Assembly: GCA_964358705.1 (NCBI GenBank)
Contig: CAYHPL010000012.1
Location: 39,247 to 103,246 of the forward strand
Length of the DNA: 64,000 nucleotides
Direction: 5' to 3'
Origin: an uncultured Chitinophagales bacterium
GTDB lineage: Bacteria > Bacteroidota > Ignavibacteria > UBA10030 > F1-140-MAGs086
This document shows positions 39,911 to 48,692 of this stretch, in pieces; the first letter of the stretch is position 1, and every line of letters starts with the position of its first letter. The translations under genes were made by a program, and so were the position numbers. A model generated the notes under the pieces. That model was not told where the DNA came from. It was given only the letters and a program-made list of their open reading frames with translations, and did not search any database.

Positions 39911-40815
39911 GAAATGATTTTCGATTGTTTTCTTTCATGAAGTGGTGATTGCCCTCCGCGTAATATTGTGCTTCCTTCAAATTTTCTTGTGCGGTCAATG
40001 GTTTCGGTTTTCATCCAATCTGCTTCCTGCATTTGTCCGCTTTGTCCGAATGCAAGCAATGCGTTGTTATAACACACATTCTGAACATCTTCTTCTGCAA
40101 TGCCGCGCTCAAGCATCAGTGACGCAGTTTTTGGTAATGCAAGCGGGTCACTGATTCCCCAATCTGCGGCGCTGTTTATCATAATGTTTTTGCTGCCATA
40201 CATTTTTACAATTTCTACCATACGCTCGTTTCCCATTTTTGTAAACGGATAAATAGTAAATGCAGCCCAAAATCCGCGCTCAAGAACTTCCTTCACTGTT
40301 TCTTCATTGTTGTGGTCAACGATTACCATATTTGGCGGAATATTGTGTTCGTTGCAAACATCCATACTGCGCGATGTTCCTTTCTTTTTATCGCGGTGAG
40401 GTGTATGAATCTGTACGGGCAACTTTATTTCTTTTGATAGTTCAAGTTGCAGGCGAAAATATTTATCTTCCGCATCTGTTTGGTCATCATAGCCGATTTC
40501 CCCGACGCCGACAACACCTTCTTTGCAAAGATACAGCGGAAGAATTTCCATTACCTGTTCAGCGAGCACTTCATTATTTGCCTCTTTGGAATTAATACCG
40601 ATTGTGCAGTAATGTTTTATGCCAAATTGCGATGCGCGAAATCGTTCCCATCCGATGAGTGAACTAAAATAATCACGAAACGTTCCAATTTCTGTTCGCG
40701 GCTGTCCTAACCAAAATGCCGGTTCGATGATTGCTACAATTCCGGCTTCAAACATTACTTCATAATCGTCTGTCGTTCGTGAAGTCATGTGAACGTGCGG
40801 GTCAATAAATTTCAT
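39907..40815 (-). CDS. eboB: EboB-like TatD family hydrolase
   Basis: MKFIDPHVHM metal-binding N-terminus of TatD-family TIM-barrel hydrolases. 4 nt overlap with eboC. Confidence 0.75.
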   Translation of the reverse strand: MKFIDPHVHMTSRTTDDYEVMFEAGIVAIIEPAFWLGQPRTEIGTFRDYFSSLIGWERFRASQFGIKHYCTIGINSKEANNEVLAEQVMEILPLYLCKEGVVGVGEIGYDDQTDAEDKYFRLQLELSKEIKLPVQIHTPHRDKKKGTSRSMDVCNEHNIPPNMVIVDHNNEETVKEVLERGFWAAFTIYPFTKMGNERMVEIVKMYGSKNIMINSAADWGISDPLALPKTASLMLERGIAEEDVQNVCYNNALLAFGQSGQMQEADWMKTETIDRTRKFEGSTILRGGQSPLHERKQSKIIS

Positions 40816-40841
40816 AAATCACTGATACAAATAAAAAAAAA

Positions 40842-41810
40842 TTATGGATTCAAAGTAAGTATTTCTTTTCCGAGCGCATTCCATGAAAAAGAATCGTTGA
40901 GATTTTCATTCTGCAATGTGATGAGATTTTTTTTTGCTTCGGGAAAATTGCATTGCGTACAAACAAGCGCTGCCGCTTTTTGTTCGAGAATATTGTTGCT
41001 CATTGCCAGTTTGTGAATGTCTGTAATATTCTTTTCGTCCACAAACGGAACGACACATCGCCAAAGTTCCGGCGTTACTGTTCTTCCCGCCGCCCAGCGT
41101 TCATGCACATAATCAATAAGTGTATCACAGAGACTCTTATTCACTCGTTCATCAATGCCAATTATGCGGAACAACGGACGATTAATAAAAATAGCTTTTA
41201 ATACCAATTGATTCCACGCATTTTCAGAAAAGAAATCCGCTGGGTACGGATTTTCAAGTGCGATTGCATCGAAGACATCACGCATATTGGAGCGCACGCC
41301 TTCTGCGGCAAGTAAAACAAATTCTTCCGGAAATGGCAGTAACGGCAATGAAGAATAAATTGCCGCTAACTCTGCAATATCCGCAGAAGTAATAAGAGAG
41401 CGCACAGATTGCACAAAAGCAGAATCATTTTCTCTGAAGTAGCTCAGCAAAAAAATAATTCTTGCCGCTCTGTCTACAGTATATAAAGTTGGATTCCAGT
41501 TTTTGCGAAGAAAATTTGCTTCTTCTAATCGTTGAGAACTAAAATGTAGTTTTTCTTTTCCAACAAAACGAGGGGCAGCGCTAAACGCAAGATAAAATTC
41601 TTTTTGCGAAAAAATTGCACTGCTTTTTTCTCTCAGCCACTGTGTGCCATCTTGCGGCGATACAGCAGATACTGATTGGAGCAAAAAATCTTTTACTTCA
41701 TTCAAATCGCACTGGTAAATATTTTCGTTCATTCTGTATGTTCTTATTGTACTGATAATCAGGGACGACAAAAAAAATGCAGAGTCTGACAATAAAATCG
41801 GACTCTGCAT
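40842..41810 (-). CDS. eboA: EboA family protein
   Basis: ~300 aa hypothetical protein at the head of the TatD-UbiA-DHQS-TIM-AlkP series. The assignment rests on operon position. Confidence 0.5.
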   Translation of the reverse strand: MQSPILLSDSAFFLSSLIISTIRTYRMNENIYQCDLNEVKDFLLQSVSAVSPQDGTQWLREKSSAIFSQKEFYLAFSAAPRFVGKEKLHFSSQRLEEANFLRKNWNPTLYTVDRAARIIFLLSYFRENDSAFVQSVRSLITSADIAELAAIYSSLPLLPFPEEFVLLAAEGVRSNMRDVFDAIALENPYPADFFSENAWNQLVLKAIFINRPLFRIIGIDERVNKSLCDTLIDYVHERWAAGRTVTPELWRCVVPFVDEKNITDIHKLAMSNNILEQKAAALVCTQCNFPEAKKNLITLQNENLNDSFSWNALGKEILTLNP

Positions 41811-41818
41811 TTATATTG

Positions 41819-43270
41819 TTACTTTACGTTCTTGAGAATTGTTAATAAAAATTTCCAGAATTTATCTACCGTATCAATGTGCAGTCTTTCATCCGGTGAA
41901 TGAACGCCTTCCATTGTTGGTCCGAAAGAAACCATATCCATACCGGGACAACGTTCACCAATAATACCGCATTCCAATCCTGCATGAATTGCTTTTACTG
42001 CGGCATTTTTTTTGTAAAGAGATTTGTAGGAAGTCTGCGCGACTTTTAAAATTTCGGATTGCATATTCGGTTTCCATCCGGGATAACCATCAGATGTTGT
42101 TATGTTTGCTCCGCCAAGTTCAAAAATATTACGAACGGTTTCACAAATTTCTTCAATTTCCGATGCAACGGAACTGCGCTGACTTGTTGCAATTGCTATT
42201 GTTTTCTTATCCGTCGTAATTACTGCAACATTCGTTGAAGTTTCAACGAGCCCGGAAATATCCGCGCTCAATTTCATTACGCCGTGCGGTAATGCGGAAA
42301 TGGTTTGCATCACTTTTTTCTGTACGGATTTCTTCACAACTTTTCCCTTTGATTTAACAGATACGATGGAAATTGTTAAATCCGGTTCTGCAGTAGAAAG
42401 TTCTGCCTTGATTATTTTTTGCATTTCTTCCACAACGAGCATTGCATTATTCACAGATTTTTTCGGAACAAACAGCAACGCATCACATTCGCGCGGAATT
42501 GCATTGCGCTTATTTCCGCCATTGATAGTTGAAAGTCGTGCGCCCAATGCAGAAAGTTTTACAAGAACGCGATTCAGTATTTTTATTGCATTGCCGCGTC
42601 CCTTATCAATTTCCAATCCGGAATGTCCGCCTTTTAACCCGAATACTTTCAATTGCATAGCGGAAGTATTTGCGGGAGAATTTTCCGCTTCTGTATTCCA
42701 CGTTCCGGTGGTGTCGCGACCGCCGGAACAGCCAACGTACAACGCGCCTTCTTCTTCGCTGTCAAGATTCATCATTGTTTTGCTTTGCACAAAATCGCGC
42801 GCTAAATTGCTTGCGCCGGTCAATCCTGTTTCTTCATCAATGGTGAAAAGAAGTTCAAGCGGACCGTGTTCAAGCGATTTGTCTTCCGCAATCGCAAGCA
42901 TTGTTGCAACTGCGATGCCATTATCCGCGCCGAGTGTTGTGCCGTTTGCCATCAGCATATTGCCGTTTACGACAAGTTCAATGGCGTCTTTCATAAAATC
43001 AAATTTCTTGTCAGAATTTTTTTCGCACACCATATCAAGATGTCCCTGCAAGCAGAGCATCTTTACATTTTCTTTTCCCTTCGAAGCAGATTTTGTAATC
43101 AATACGTTGCCGAACGAATCTTTTTTTGCCGGTAAGCCGAGTTTTTTTGCTGTATCGAGAACGTATGCGATGATGCGTTCTTCGTGTTTGGATGGACGTG
43201 GAACTTTTGCGATTTCCGCAAAATATTTCCATACGAGTTTTGGTTGTAAACCTTCAATTGCATTTGCCAT
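41819..43270 (-). CDS. pepD: Aminoacyl-histidine dipeptidase (Xaa-His dipeptidase, M20C family)
   Basis: N-terminus MANAIEGLQPKLVWKYFAEIAKVPRPSKHEERI matches PepD. 483 aa M20 fold. Only 8 nt upstream of eboA. Confidence 0.8.
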   Translation of the reverse strand: MANAIEGLQPKLVWKYFAEIAKVPRPSKHEERIIAYVLDTAKKLGLPAKKDSFGNVLITKSASKGKENVKMLCLQGHLDMVCEKNSDKKFDFMKDAIELVVNGNMLMANGTTLGADNGIAVATMLAIAEDKSLEHGPLELLFTIDEETGLTGASNLARDFVQSKTMMNLDSEEEGALYVGCSGGRDTTGTWNTEAENSPANTSAMQLKVFGLKGGHSGLEIDKGRGNAIKILNRVLVKLSALGARLSTINGGNKRNAIPRECDALLFVPKKSVNNAMLVVEEMQKIIKAELSTAEPDLTISIVSVKSKGKVVKKSVQKKVMQTISALPHGVMKLSADISGLVETSTNVAVITTDKKTIAIATSQRSSVASEIEEICETVRNIFELGGANITTSDGYPGWKPNMQSEILKVAQTSYKSLYKKNAAVKAIHAGLECGIIGERCPGMDMVSFGPTMEGVHSPDERLHIDTVDKFWKFLLTILKNVK

Positions 43271-43295
43271 AATTGTGTGTTAAGTTAAGTTGTGT

Positions 43296-43367
43296 GGGAG
43301 AAAATTGTTATAAAAAAGCGGGAGAAAACTACTGAAAAATGAAGGGAGAATCAAATAGTTTTTGCGC
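43296..43367 (+). repeat. 24 bp-periodic direct repeats with GGGAGAA cores
   Basis: GGGAGAA at 43296, 43320 and 43344 (exactly 24 bp apart) with ~17/24 identity between units. Lies 25-100 nt upstream of the pepD start (opposite strand). Confidence 0.5.
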
Positions 43368-43759
43368 GAAAAGAGAAAATATTCAGCGGTGGGATTTTTT
43401 GAAAGATATTTTTATACCAACATCAAATCTTTTCTCATAATTGCTCAATGTCTCTTTAGCAAGTTGAATGACTTATACTCCGCTTCCTATTACAGAAGCG
43501 TGCGTACATAGTATGAATTGCCAGCCCAACAATATTCTGCCTTCCTCCTTTTTGCTTACTAATTTTTTTTCCTATCTTTTGCCCGCCAAAATTCACATTT
43601 AATATGCCTCAACTTATAATTTTATAAAAAAATACTATGCACGAATAAATGAACTCTACAAGCAGCAATCTCCGACAAATTAAACGGAAAAAAAGCGAAG
43701 GAATATCTCAGGAATGAGAATTTATTGAGGAATCCATATTTTTTTCACATCGGTTTTGA

Positions 43760-43830
43760 CCCCTGACTTCAAATAATGCGGTCGAAGTCAAGATTCTTGA
43801 GGTTGAAGTAAAGTTTTTTGACTTCGATGT
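43760..43830 (+). repeat. Three alternating-orientation copies of a TTGACTTCG motif (nested inverted repeats)
   Basis: tgacttcaa (43764-43772), cgaagtcaag (43783-43792), ttgacttcg (43818-43826). Forms a 7 bp and a 9 bp perfect inverted-repeat pair. Confidence 0.5.
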
Positions 43831-43860
43831 CAGATTACTTGATGTTGATGGTTAATACCC

Positions 43861-43888
43861 GTAGGGAACAGTCGCGACTGTTCCCTAC
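43861..43888. promoter_or_regulatory. Perfect 28 bp palindrome (operator-like) 65 nt upstream of the HEAT-MTase gene
   Basis: gtagggaacagtcg|cgactgttccctac is fully self-complementary. No flanking T-tract on either strand, so it is unlikely to be a terminator. Confidence 0.5.
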
Positions 43889-43953
43889 AAGGATGTAGAA
43901 ACCTGCATTAATCCAACAGGATTTGTATGGATTTGTAATATATTTAAAGAAAA

Positions 43954-45327
43954 ATGCTAACAAAAGAATATATAAAAGAACTAAAGACCATCGGCAACGG
44001 TGCAATAGGACACCTTGTTAAAGAGTATAGGGATAGCGGTTCATTAACTTTTATTCTTGAAAGTTTAGGACATCTTCCAAGTGATTTTGATGGTACTTTT
44101 CTACCCGACTTATTACATCACAAAAGTTCATCAGTTCGACTTTGGGCTATTAAAACACTTGGCAAACTTGATAATGACGACTATTTAAAAATTTTGCGAC
44201 AAGCAGCGTTCACAGAAAAAGACACGAATGTCAGACGTGAAGCCGTTTCTTCAATTGGAAGAATGAGAAGTAAAAAAGGCCAAACAATTCTTTTTGAAAT
44301 TTTGCAAGACCAAGACCCGAAAGTGATAAGTCAAGCAATCAGAGGGCTTTTAGTTTTCAAAGGCGACAAAGAAGTTGATGAACATTTAAAGCCACTTATA
44401 AATCACCCAAATGAAATGGTGAGGACGGTTATTTATAAAGAATATTTTGCAGAAAAAAAAGTCCAAACAGAACAACCTCATAAGGAAAGTTTCGACTATT
44501 TAAAAAATGTTGTAGTAAATGCGGACACTATTGAAACGATGAAATTGCTCAAAGAAGAAAGCGTTCATTTAACTTTCACATCTCCGCCATATTACAATGC
44601 AAGGGACTATTCAATTTATCCGAGTTACAAGCATTACATAGAATTTCTTGCAGAAGTTTTCAGAGAAGTTTATCGTATCACTAAAGAAGGAAGATTTTTA
44701 ATTCTCAACACATCTCCAATCATAATTCCAAGAATAAGTCGTTCACATTCAAGCAAGCGTTATCCAATTCCGTTTGACATTCATCCATACTTAATGGAAA
44801 TGGGATGGGATTTCATTGATGATATTGTATGGTTGAAACCAGAAGCAAGTGTAAAAAATCGCATTGGTGGTTTTATGCAACACCGAAAACCATTAGGATA
44901 CAAACCAAATTCTGTAACTGAATATTTAATGGTGTATCGCAAGGGTACAGAAAAACTTTTGGATTGGAACATCAAACAATACGATTGGAAGACAGTGAAA
45001 GAAAGTAAAGTTGCAGATGGTTACGAAACAAATAATGTTTGGAAAATAGACCCTTGCTTTGATAAAATTCATTCAGCCGTTTTTCCTGTTGAACTATGCA
45101 AACGAGTAATTCAATATTACTCCTTCAAAGGTGATTTAGTTTTTGACCCATTTGGAGGAAGCGGGACAGTAGGCAAGACCGCAAAAAGTTTAGTCAGGTA
45201 TTTTTTCCTTACGGAAAAAGACAAAAAATATTTTGATTATATGAAATCCAAAAAATCAAATGGAATGTTTGATGAGCATCCTACCAAATTTTTAACCCTT
45301 AACGATTTTCATCAAACAATAAAATGA
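43954..45327 (+). CDS. DNA methyltransferase (beta-class N6A/N4C amino-MTase) with N-terminal HEAT/PBS-lyase-like repeat domain
   Basis: C-terminal half has motif IV FTSPPYYNA (SPPY) preceding motif I VFDPFGGSGTVGKTA, the beta-class order. N-terminal ~170 aa has repeated ~30-aa units (SSVRLWAIKTLGKL, TNVRREAVSSIGRM, DPKVISQAIRGL, NEMVRTVIY) typical of HEAT-like repeats. Confidence 0.65.
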   Translation: MLTKEYIKELKTIGNGAIGHLVKEYRDSGSLTFILESLGHLPSDFDGTFLPDLLHHKSSSVRLWAIKTLGKLDNDDYLKILRQAAFTEKDTNVRREAVSSIGRMRSKKGQTILFEILQDQDPKVISQAIRGLLVFKGDKEVDEHLKPLINHPNEMVRTVIYKEYFAEKKVQTEQPHKESFDYLKNVVVNADTIETMKLLKEESVHLTFTSPPYYNARDYSIYPSYKHYIEFLAEVFREVYRITKEGRFLILNTSPIIIPRISRSHSSKRYPIPFDIHPYLMEMGWDFIDDIVWLKPEASVKNRIGGFMQHRKPLGYKPNSVTEYLMVYRKGTEKLLDWNIKQYDWKTVKESKVADGYETNNVWKIDPCFDKIHSAVFPVELCKRVIQYYSFKGDLVFDPFGGSGTVGKTAKSLVRYFFLTEKDKKYFDYMKSKKSNGMFDEHPTKFLTLNDFHQTIK

Positions 45328-46229
45328 CACTAACAGAACAAGTAGCCAAAAACATTATAAAAAAACTTTTGAAAGGTGCTGATTACCGAATTGAAGTTGT
45401 AACCCTCATCAATGCGGAATTTTTGCAATTCGCAATAGAGTTTTTCAAAAAAATTATTGATGCTAAACTTCAAAGCAAAAACATAACTGTTGATTGGTAT
45501 AAGGAAGCGTTTCTTAATCCGAAATTACCAGCAAATGAAATTGCAATCAATTCAGGATTGAACAAAAAGACCATTCACAATATGTTCAATTCATCTACAA
45601 AGGAAATTGTGATTGATGCAGCAAATGAACATTACGATATTCTTTATCAAAGCATAAAAGATTTAGTTGAAACTGAACACGAATTAGATTTAACTCTCAC
45701 TATAAAATTCAAAGGTGTTTCAGTTGACTTGAATGTAAGTGAAAGTTTAATCGTGATTAATACACTTGCAGTAAAACGAGCTGAACTTCGTGGTGGACTT
45801 TGGAGCACGGCAGGGAAGAGAGTTGAAAATCCGTTAATGCAAACACTTTGTAAATTGTATTCAGTAAACGAAGAAAATTACAGAGCAAAATTTGTCAAAG
45901 ACAAAGCAAAAGGATTTGATAGAGAGATAGATTTTTATTTGCTCAAAGATAGAAAAGAATTTTTGTGCGAAGTAAAATTAATGGGTAGCGGAAATCCTGA
46001 AAGTGCTGATGCTGTAATTGCAAGAGCAACAAATGTTTTTGTTGCAGACAAACTCTCACTTCAAAATAAAAGTCAACTTGAAAGTTTGAAAATAAATTGG
46101 ATTGAATTGCGAAGTGAAAACGGTTGGAAGCGTTTTAAAATCGCATTGGAAAATTTAGAAATACCACATAAGGATTATAACGGAAATTTAGATAATGACC
46201 TTGATAAAATATTTGCGGAGATATTTTGA
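45324..46229 (+). CDS. Putative PD-(D/E)xK nuclease (candidate cognate restriction endonuclease)
   Basis: 301 aa. Start overlaps the MTase stop (ATGA). GFDREIDFYLL...EFLCEVKLMG fits a D...E-x-K catalytic motif. No other recognisable family signature. Confidence 0.35.
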   Translation: MTLTEQVAKNIIKKLLKGADYRIEVVTLINAEFLQFAIEFFKKIIDAKLQSKNITVDWYKEAFLNPKLPANEIAINSGLNKKTIHNMFNSSTKEIVIDAANEHYDILYQSIKDLVETEHELDLTLTIKFKGVSVDLNVSESLIVINTLAVKRAELRGGLWSTAGKRVENPLMQTLCKLYSVNEENYRAKFVKDKAKGFDREIDFYLLKDRKEFLCEVKLMGSGNPESADAVIARATNVFVADKLSLQNKSQLESLKINWIELRSENGWKRFKIALENLEIPHKDYNGNLDNDLDKIFAEIF

Positions 46230-46592
46230 CAACACGACAATGAAAGTAAATCGCCTTGAACAAACTTCCTACGAACTTCAAACAGTAGTGCTTCGTGGGA
46301 ACAGTACGGCAGCAGATAACATAAGATTAAAAGAAATTTTAAAAAGAAGGCTTTGTCCGGTAATCAAACAGTGGTGCATCTAAACCCTTCTTTTTTTTAC
46401 TTCATTAATCCCTTCTTCGTTATGCACAACCTTATTGGCGATAGTGCGAACTTTGAACGAGCATTTTATAACAATTAAACAAACATGACAGAACTTTTAT
46501 TGAACAGGCAACGCTTCGTGTCTTTCGCAGGAAATTCATTTTCCACAAAAAACATAAAGAAACAAATTGCACAAGAAAAATCATAAATAACA

Positions 46593-46624
46593 AAGGTCAA
46601 GCAGAAAAATTTCGGCTTGACCTT
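46593..46624. terminator. 10 bp perfect-stem hairpin between converging genes (possible bidirectional terminator)
   Basis: aaggtcaagc ..12 nt.. gcttgacctt. Weak T-tract on the minus-strand side only. Confidence 0.35.
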
Positions 46625-46646
46625 AATTACGTAACTGTTGAAAAAA

Positions 46647-48500
46647 TTATTTTATGAGCATCAATTTTTTTGTCTGTACGAAACTCTGCTCGTTGTCGTC
46701 TTCGATTTGTAATCGGTAAAAATATACACCTGTTGCAAATCCATGAGCATTCCATTCTATGGAATGAGTTCCGTTCTCCAATTCTTCCTGCTCGATAAGT
46801 GTTGCCACTTTCTCGCCGAGAACATTGTACAGCGATAGGTTCACGACCGCAGAGCGTTCTAATACGAACTCTATTTGAGTCGTTGGATTAAATGGATTTG
46901 GATAGTTTTGTAATAAAGTGAAATCTTCAACGCTTTGCTCAACAAAGTTTGAAACAGATTTCGCTACCGGAATAGAATATTTAACCAAAAATGAATCAAC
47001 AATTGCATACAATGTATTATTGGTACCACGTTCCATATACATCAAAGAATCATCGAAATCAAGTATATCCGTATTGTTTCCGTTAGCATCAAAGACATAA
47101 ATTGAATCTCCGCCGTTCAAACGAACATAGCAATTTTCGTCATCATCAATAGTAATATCTCTTATAGCATCGTAATCTTGTGTATGAATTTCCTTCGTCC
47201 ATACGGGTTTCAATTTTTTCATATCAAACTTCATCAGAGTAGGACGATACGCTCCTTGAATTCGAATACCATTTTTGTTGAATTTTCTTTCATCAAACGC
47301 TCCACCGATAAAAATGTTCTCTTTCGAACTCATCTCTGCATCGTGAATACCGTTATAACGATTTGAGCGAATTTGCTTATTCACTTTTACTTCCTCTTTT
47401 CCTTTCCCTTTATACAGCTTTAGTTTCATTTTAGAAGAAGAGTTTGATGTAATAATACCCCAGTCAACGGCGTCTGTTAGTTTTCCTTTCCCGCCGGCAG
47501 AACTTATTTTTCGTTCTTTATCGGAATAGTCGCCTAGATAGACTGAATTTCCAGCGCTATCGGTAAAGGAAAATTCAAATGAAAAATCTTCTTCATTTTC
47601 GTCTTCGTCGTTTGTAGAATATTTTCCATCAAATTTTCCTACGGTGACGGATTTTGAATTTGATAGTTGTGTCCCGTCATCGTCATTAATTTCGATTCTA
47701 TTCATATCGTTTCTTTTTTTCTTTTTCGTTTGTTGGTCGGTAACAATGGTATTTGTAAAAGCAGTAACGACAATATTTCCTGTAGCCTTTTGAGTCGCAC
47801 GAATCAATTTATCGCTCACATCGGTTGTCAAACTTTTTTCAAATGAAACCACGCCCGATGGGAGAACTTTTTTTATTTTGTTGCCGCTTCGTAGTAAGAG
47901 ATTATCATTACCATCAATATTTAATATCTCTCCGTTTATAGAGAATTTCTCATCGCCCAGTGAATCGAAACATACCGTGTTTCCATCAATCGTCAGATAA
48001 ACATCGTCTAATGAATCATTCCAGAAAATGTGTTTTGATTTATCAGATTCAGCATCTTGCCTCCATAAAATAATTCCATCAGGACTTATTTTAAATAAAC
48101 TATCCTGCGATAAACAAAGCACATCTCCGTTGTCAAGTACCATAATCTTTACCTCATGTTCGTCATCATCATCAGACGGGTCATCATTGTCGTCATCGTC
48201 TAATGGATTATCATAATCTTCAGGGTCGTCGTTATCGTTATCGTCATCGTTTCCGTCATTATCGTTATCGTCGTCATCATCATCATCATCGTCGCTGCTG
48301 ACATCAGTAGAGTCGTCATCATCGCTGTCGTCGTCACTCGGGTCATCGTCGTCTCCCCCCGTAGTGTCATCTAATGATTGGTGTAATTCTTTCTGCATTC
48401 CTATTTTTACCCGCCACAATTCAGTTTGTGCTTCTGAAGTGTTTTGGAGAAAACAAGTAAAGAGAAAAAAGAGTACAATAAGTAATATTAAGTTTTTCAT
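46647..48500 (-). CDS. T9SS C-terminal-sorted secreted protein with an extreme poly-Asp acidic tract
   Basis: Signal peptide. ~70-residue D/N/S-rich tract (…DDDDDDDDDNDNDGNDDDNDNDD…). C-terminal LQNYPNPFNPTTQIEF...GVYFYRLQ T9SS CTD. Confidence 0.75.
   Translation of the reverse strand: MKNLILLIVLFFLFTCFLQNTSEAQTELWRVKIGMQKELHQSLDDTTGGDDDDPSDDDSDDDDSTDVSSDDDDDDDDDNDNDGNDDDNDNDDPEDYDNPLDDDDNDDPSDDDDEHEVKIMVLDNGDVLCLSQDSLFKISPDGIILWRQDAESDKSKHIFWNDSLDDVYLTIDGNTVCFDSLGDEKFSINGEILNIDGNDNLLLRSGNKIKKVLPSGVVSFEKSLTTDVSDKLIRATQKATGNIVVTAFTNTIVTDQQTKKKKRNDMNRIEINDDDGTQLSNSKSVTVGKFDGKYSTNDEDENEEDFSFEFSFTDSAGNSVYLGDYSDKERKISSAGGKGKLTDAVDWGIITSNSSSKMKLKLYKGKGKEEVKVNKQIRSNRYNGIHDAEMSSKENIFIGGAFDERKFNKNGIRIQGAYRPTLMKFDMKKLKPVWTKEIHTQDYDAIRDITIDDDENCYVRLNGGDSIYVFDANGNNTDILDFDDSLMYMERGTNNTLYAIVDSFLVKYSIPVAKSVSNFVEQSVEDFTLLQNYPNPFNPTTQIEFVLERSAVVNLSLYNVLGEKVATLIEQEELENGTHSIEWNAHGFATGVYFYRLQIEDDNEQSFVQTKKLMLIK
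48150..48370. repeat. GAY/GTC trinucleotide-rich low-complexity run encoding the poly-Asp tract
   Basis: Plus strand reads gtcatcatcatcagacgggtcatcattgtcgtcatcgtc... over ~200 nt. Confidence 0.7.
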
Positions 48501-48692
48501 AAGTAGTGTCTAATTTAATTGTGATTGGTAAAAATCTTAGTTAAATATAATTAAGATAAATAGGTGTGAATGTGTTCTGTATCACGAAAGACATCATTGT
48601 TATCAAAATAACTTATTGTTGCACTTTTGGGCAATTAGATTCAATTAATAAATGCAACTGAAGCGCAAATGTAGTGTTAAGTACTTTTTCTC

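Noticed and set aside
43954-44500. Possibility that the MTase N-terminal domain is a separate upstream gene rather than a fusion
   Set aside because: The reading frame is continuous from 43954 to 45327 with no internal stop or plausible restart signal between the HEAT-like region and the SPPY motif, so a fusion is the direct reading. A sequencing-error-generated fusion cannot be excluded without reads.
46195-46383. 62 aa ORF overlapping the 3' end of the putative nuclease gene and extending into the intergenic region
   Set aside because: No motif, it overlaps a better-supported gene, and it is AT-rich low complexity. Possibly spurious, though a tiny regulator cannot be excluded.
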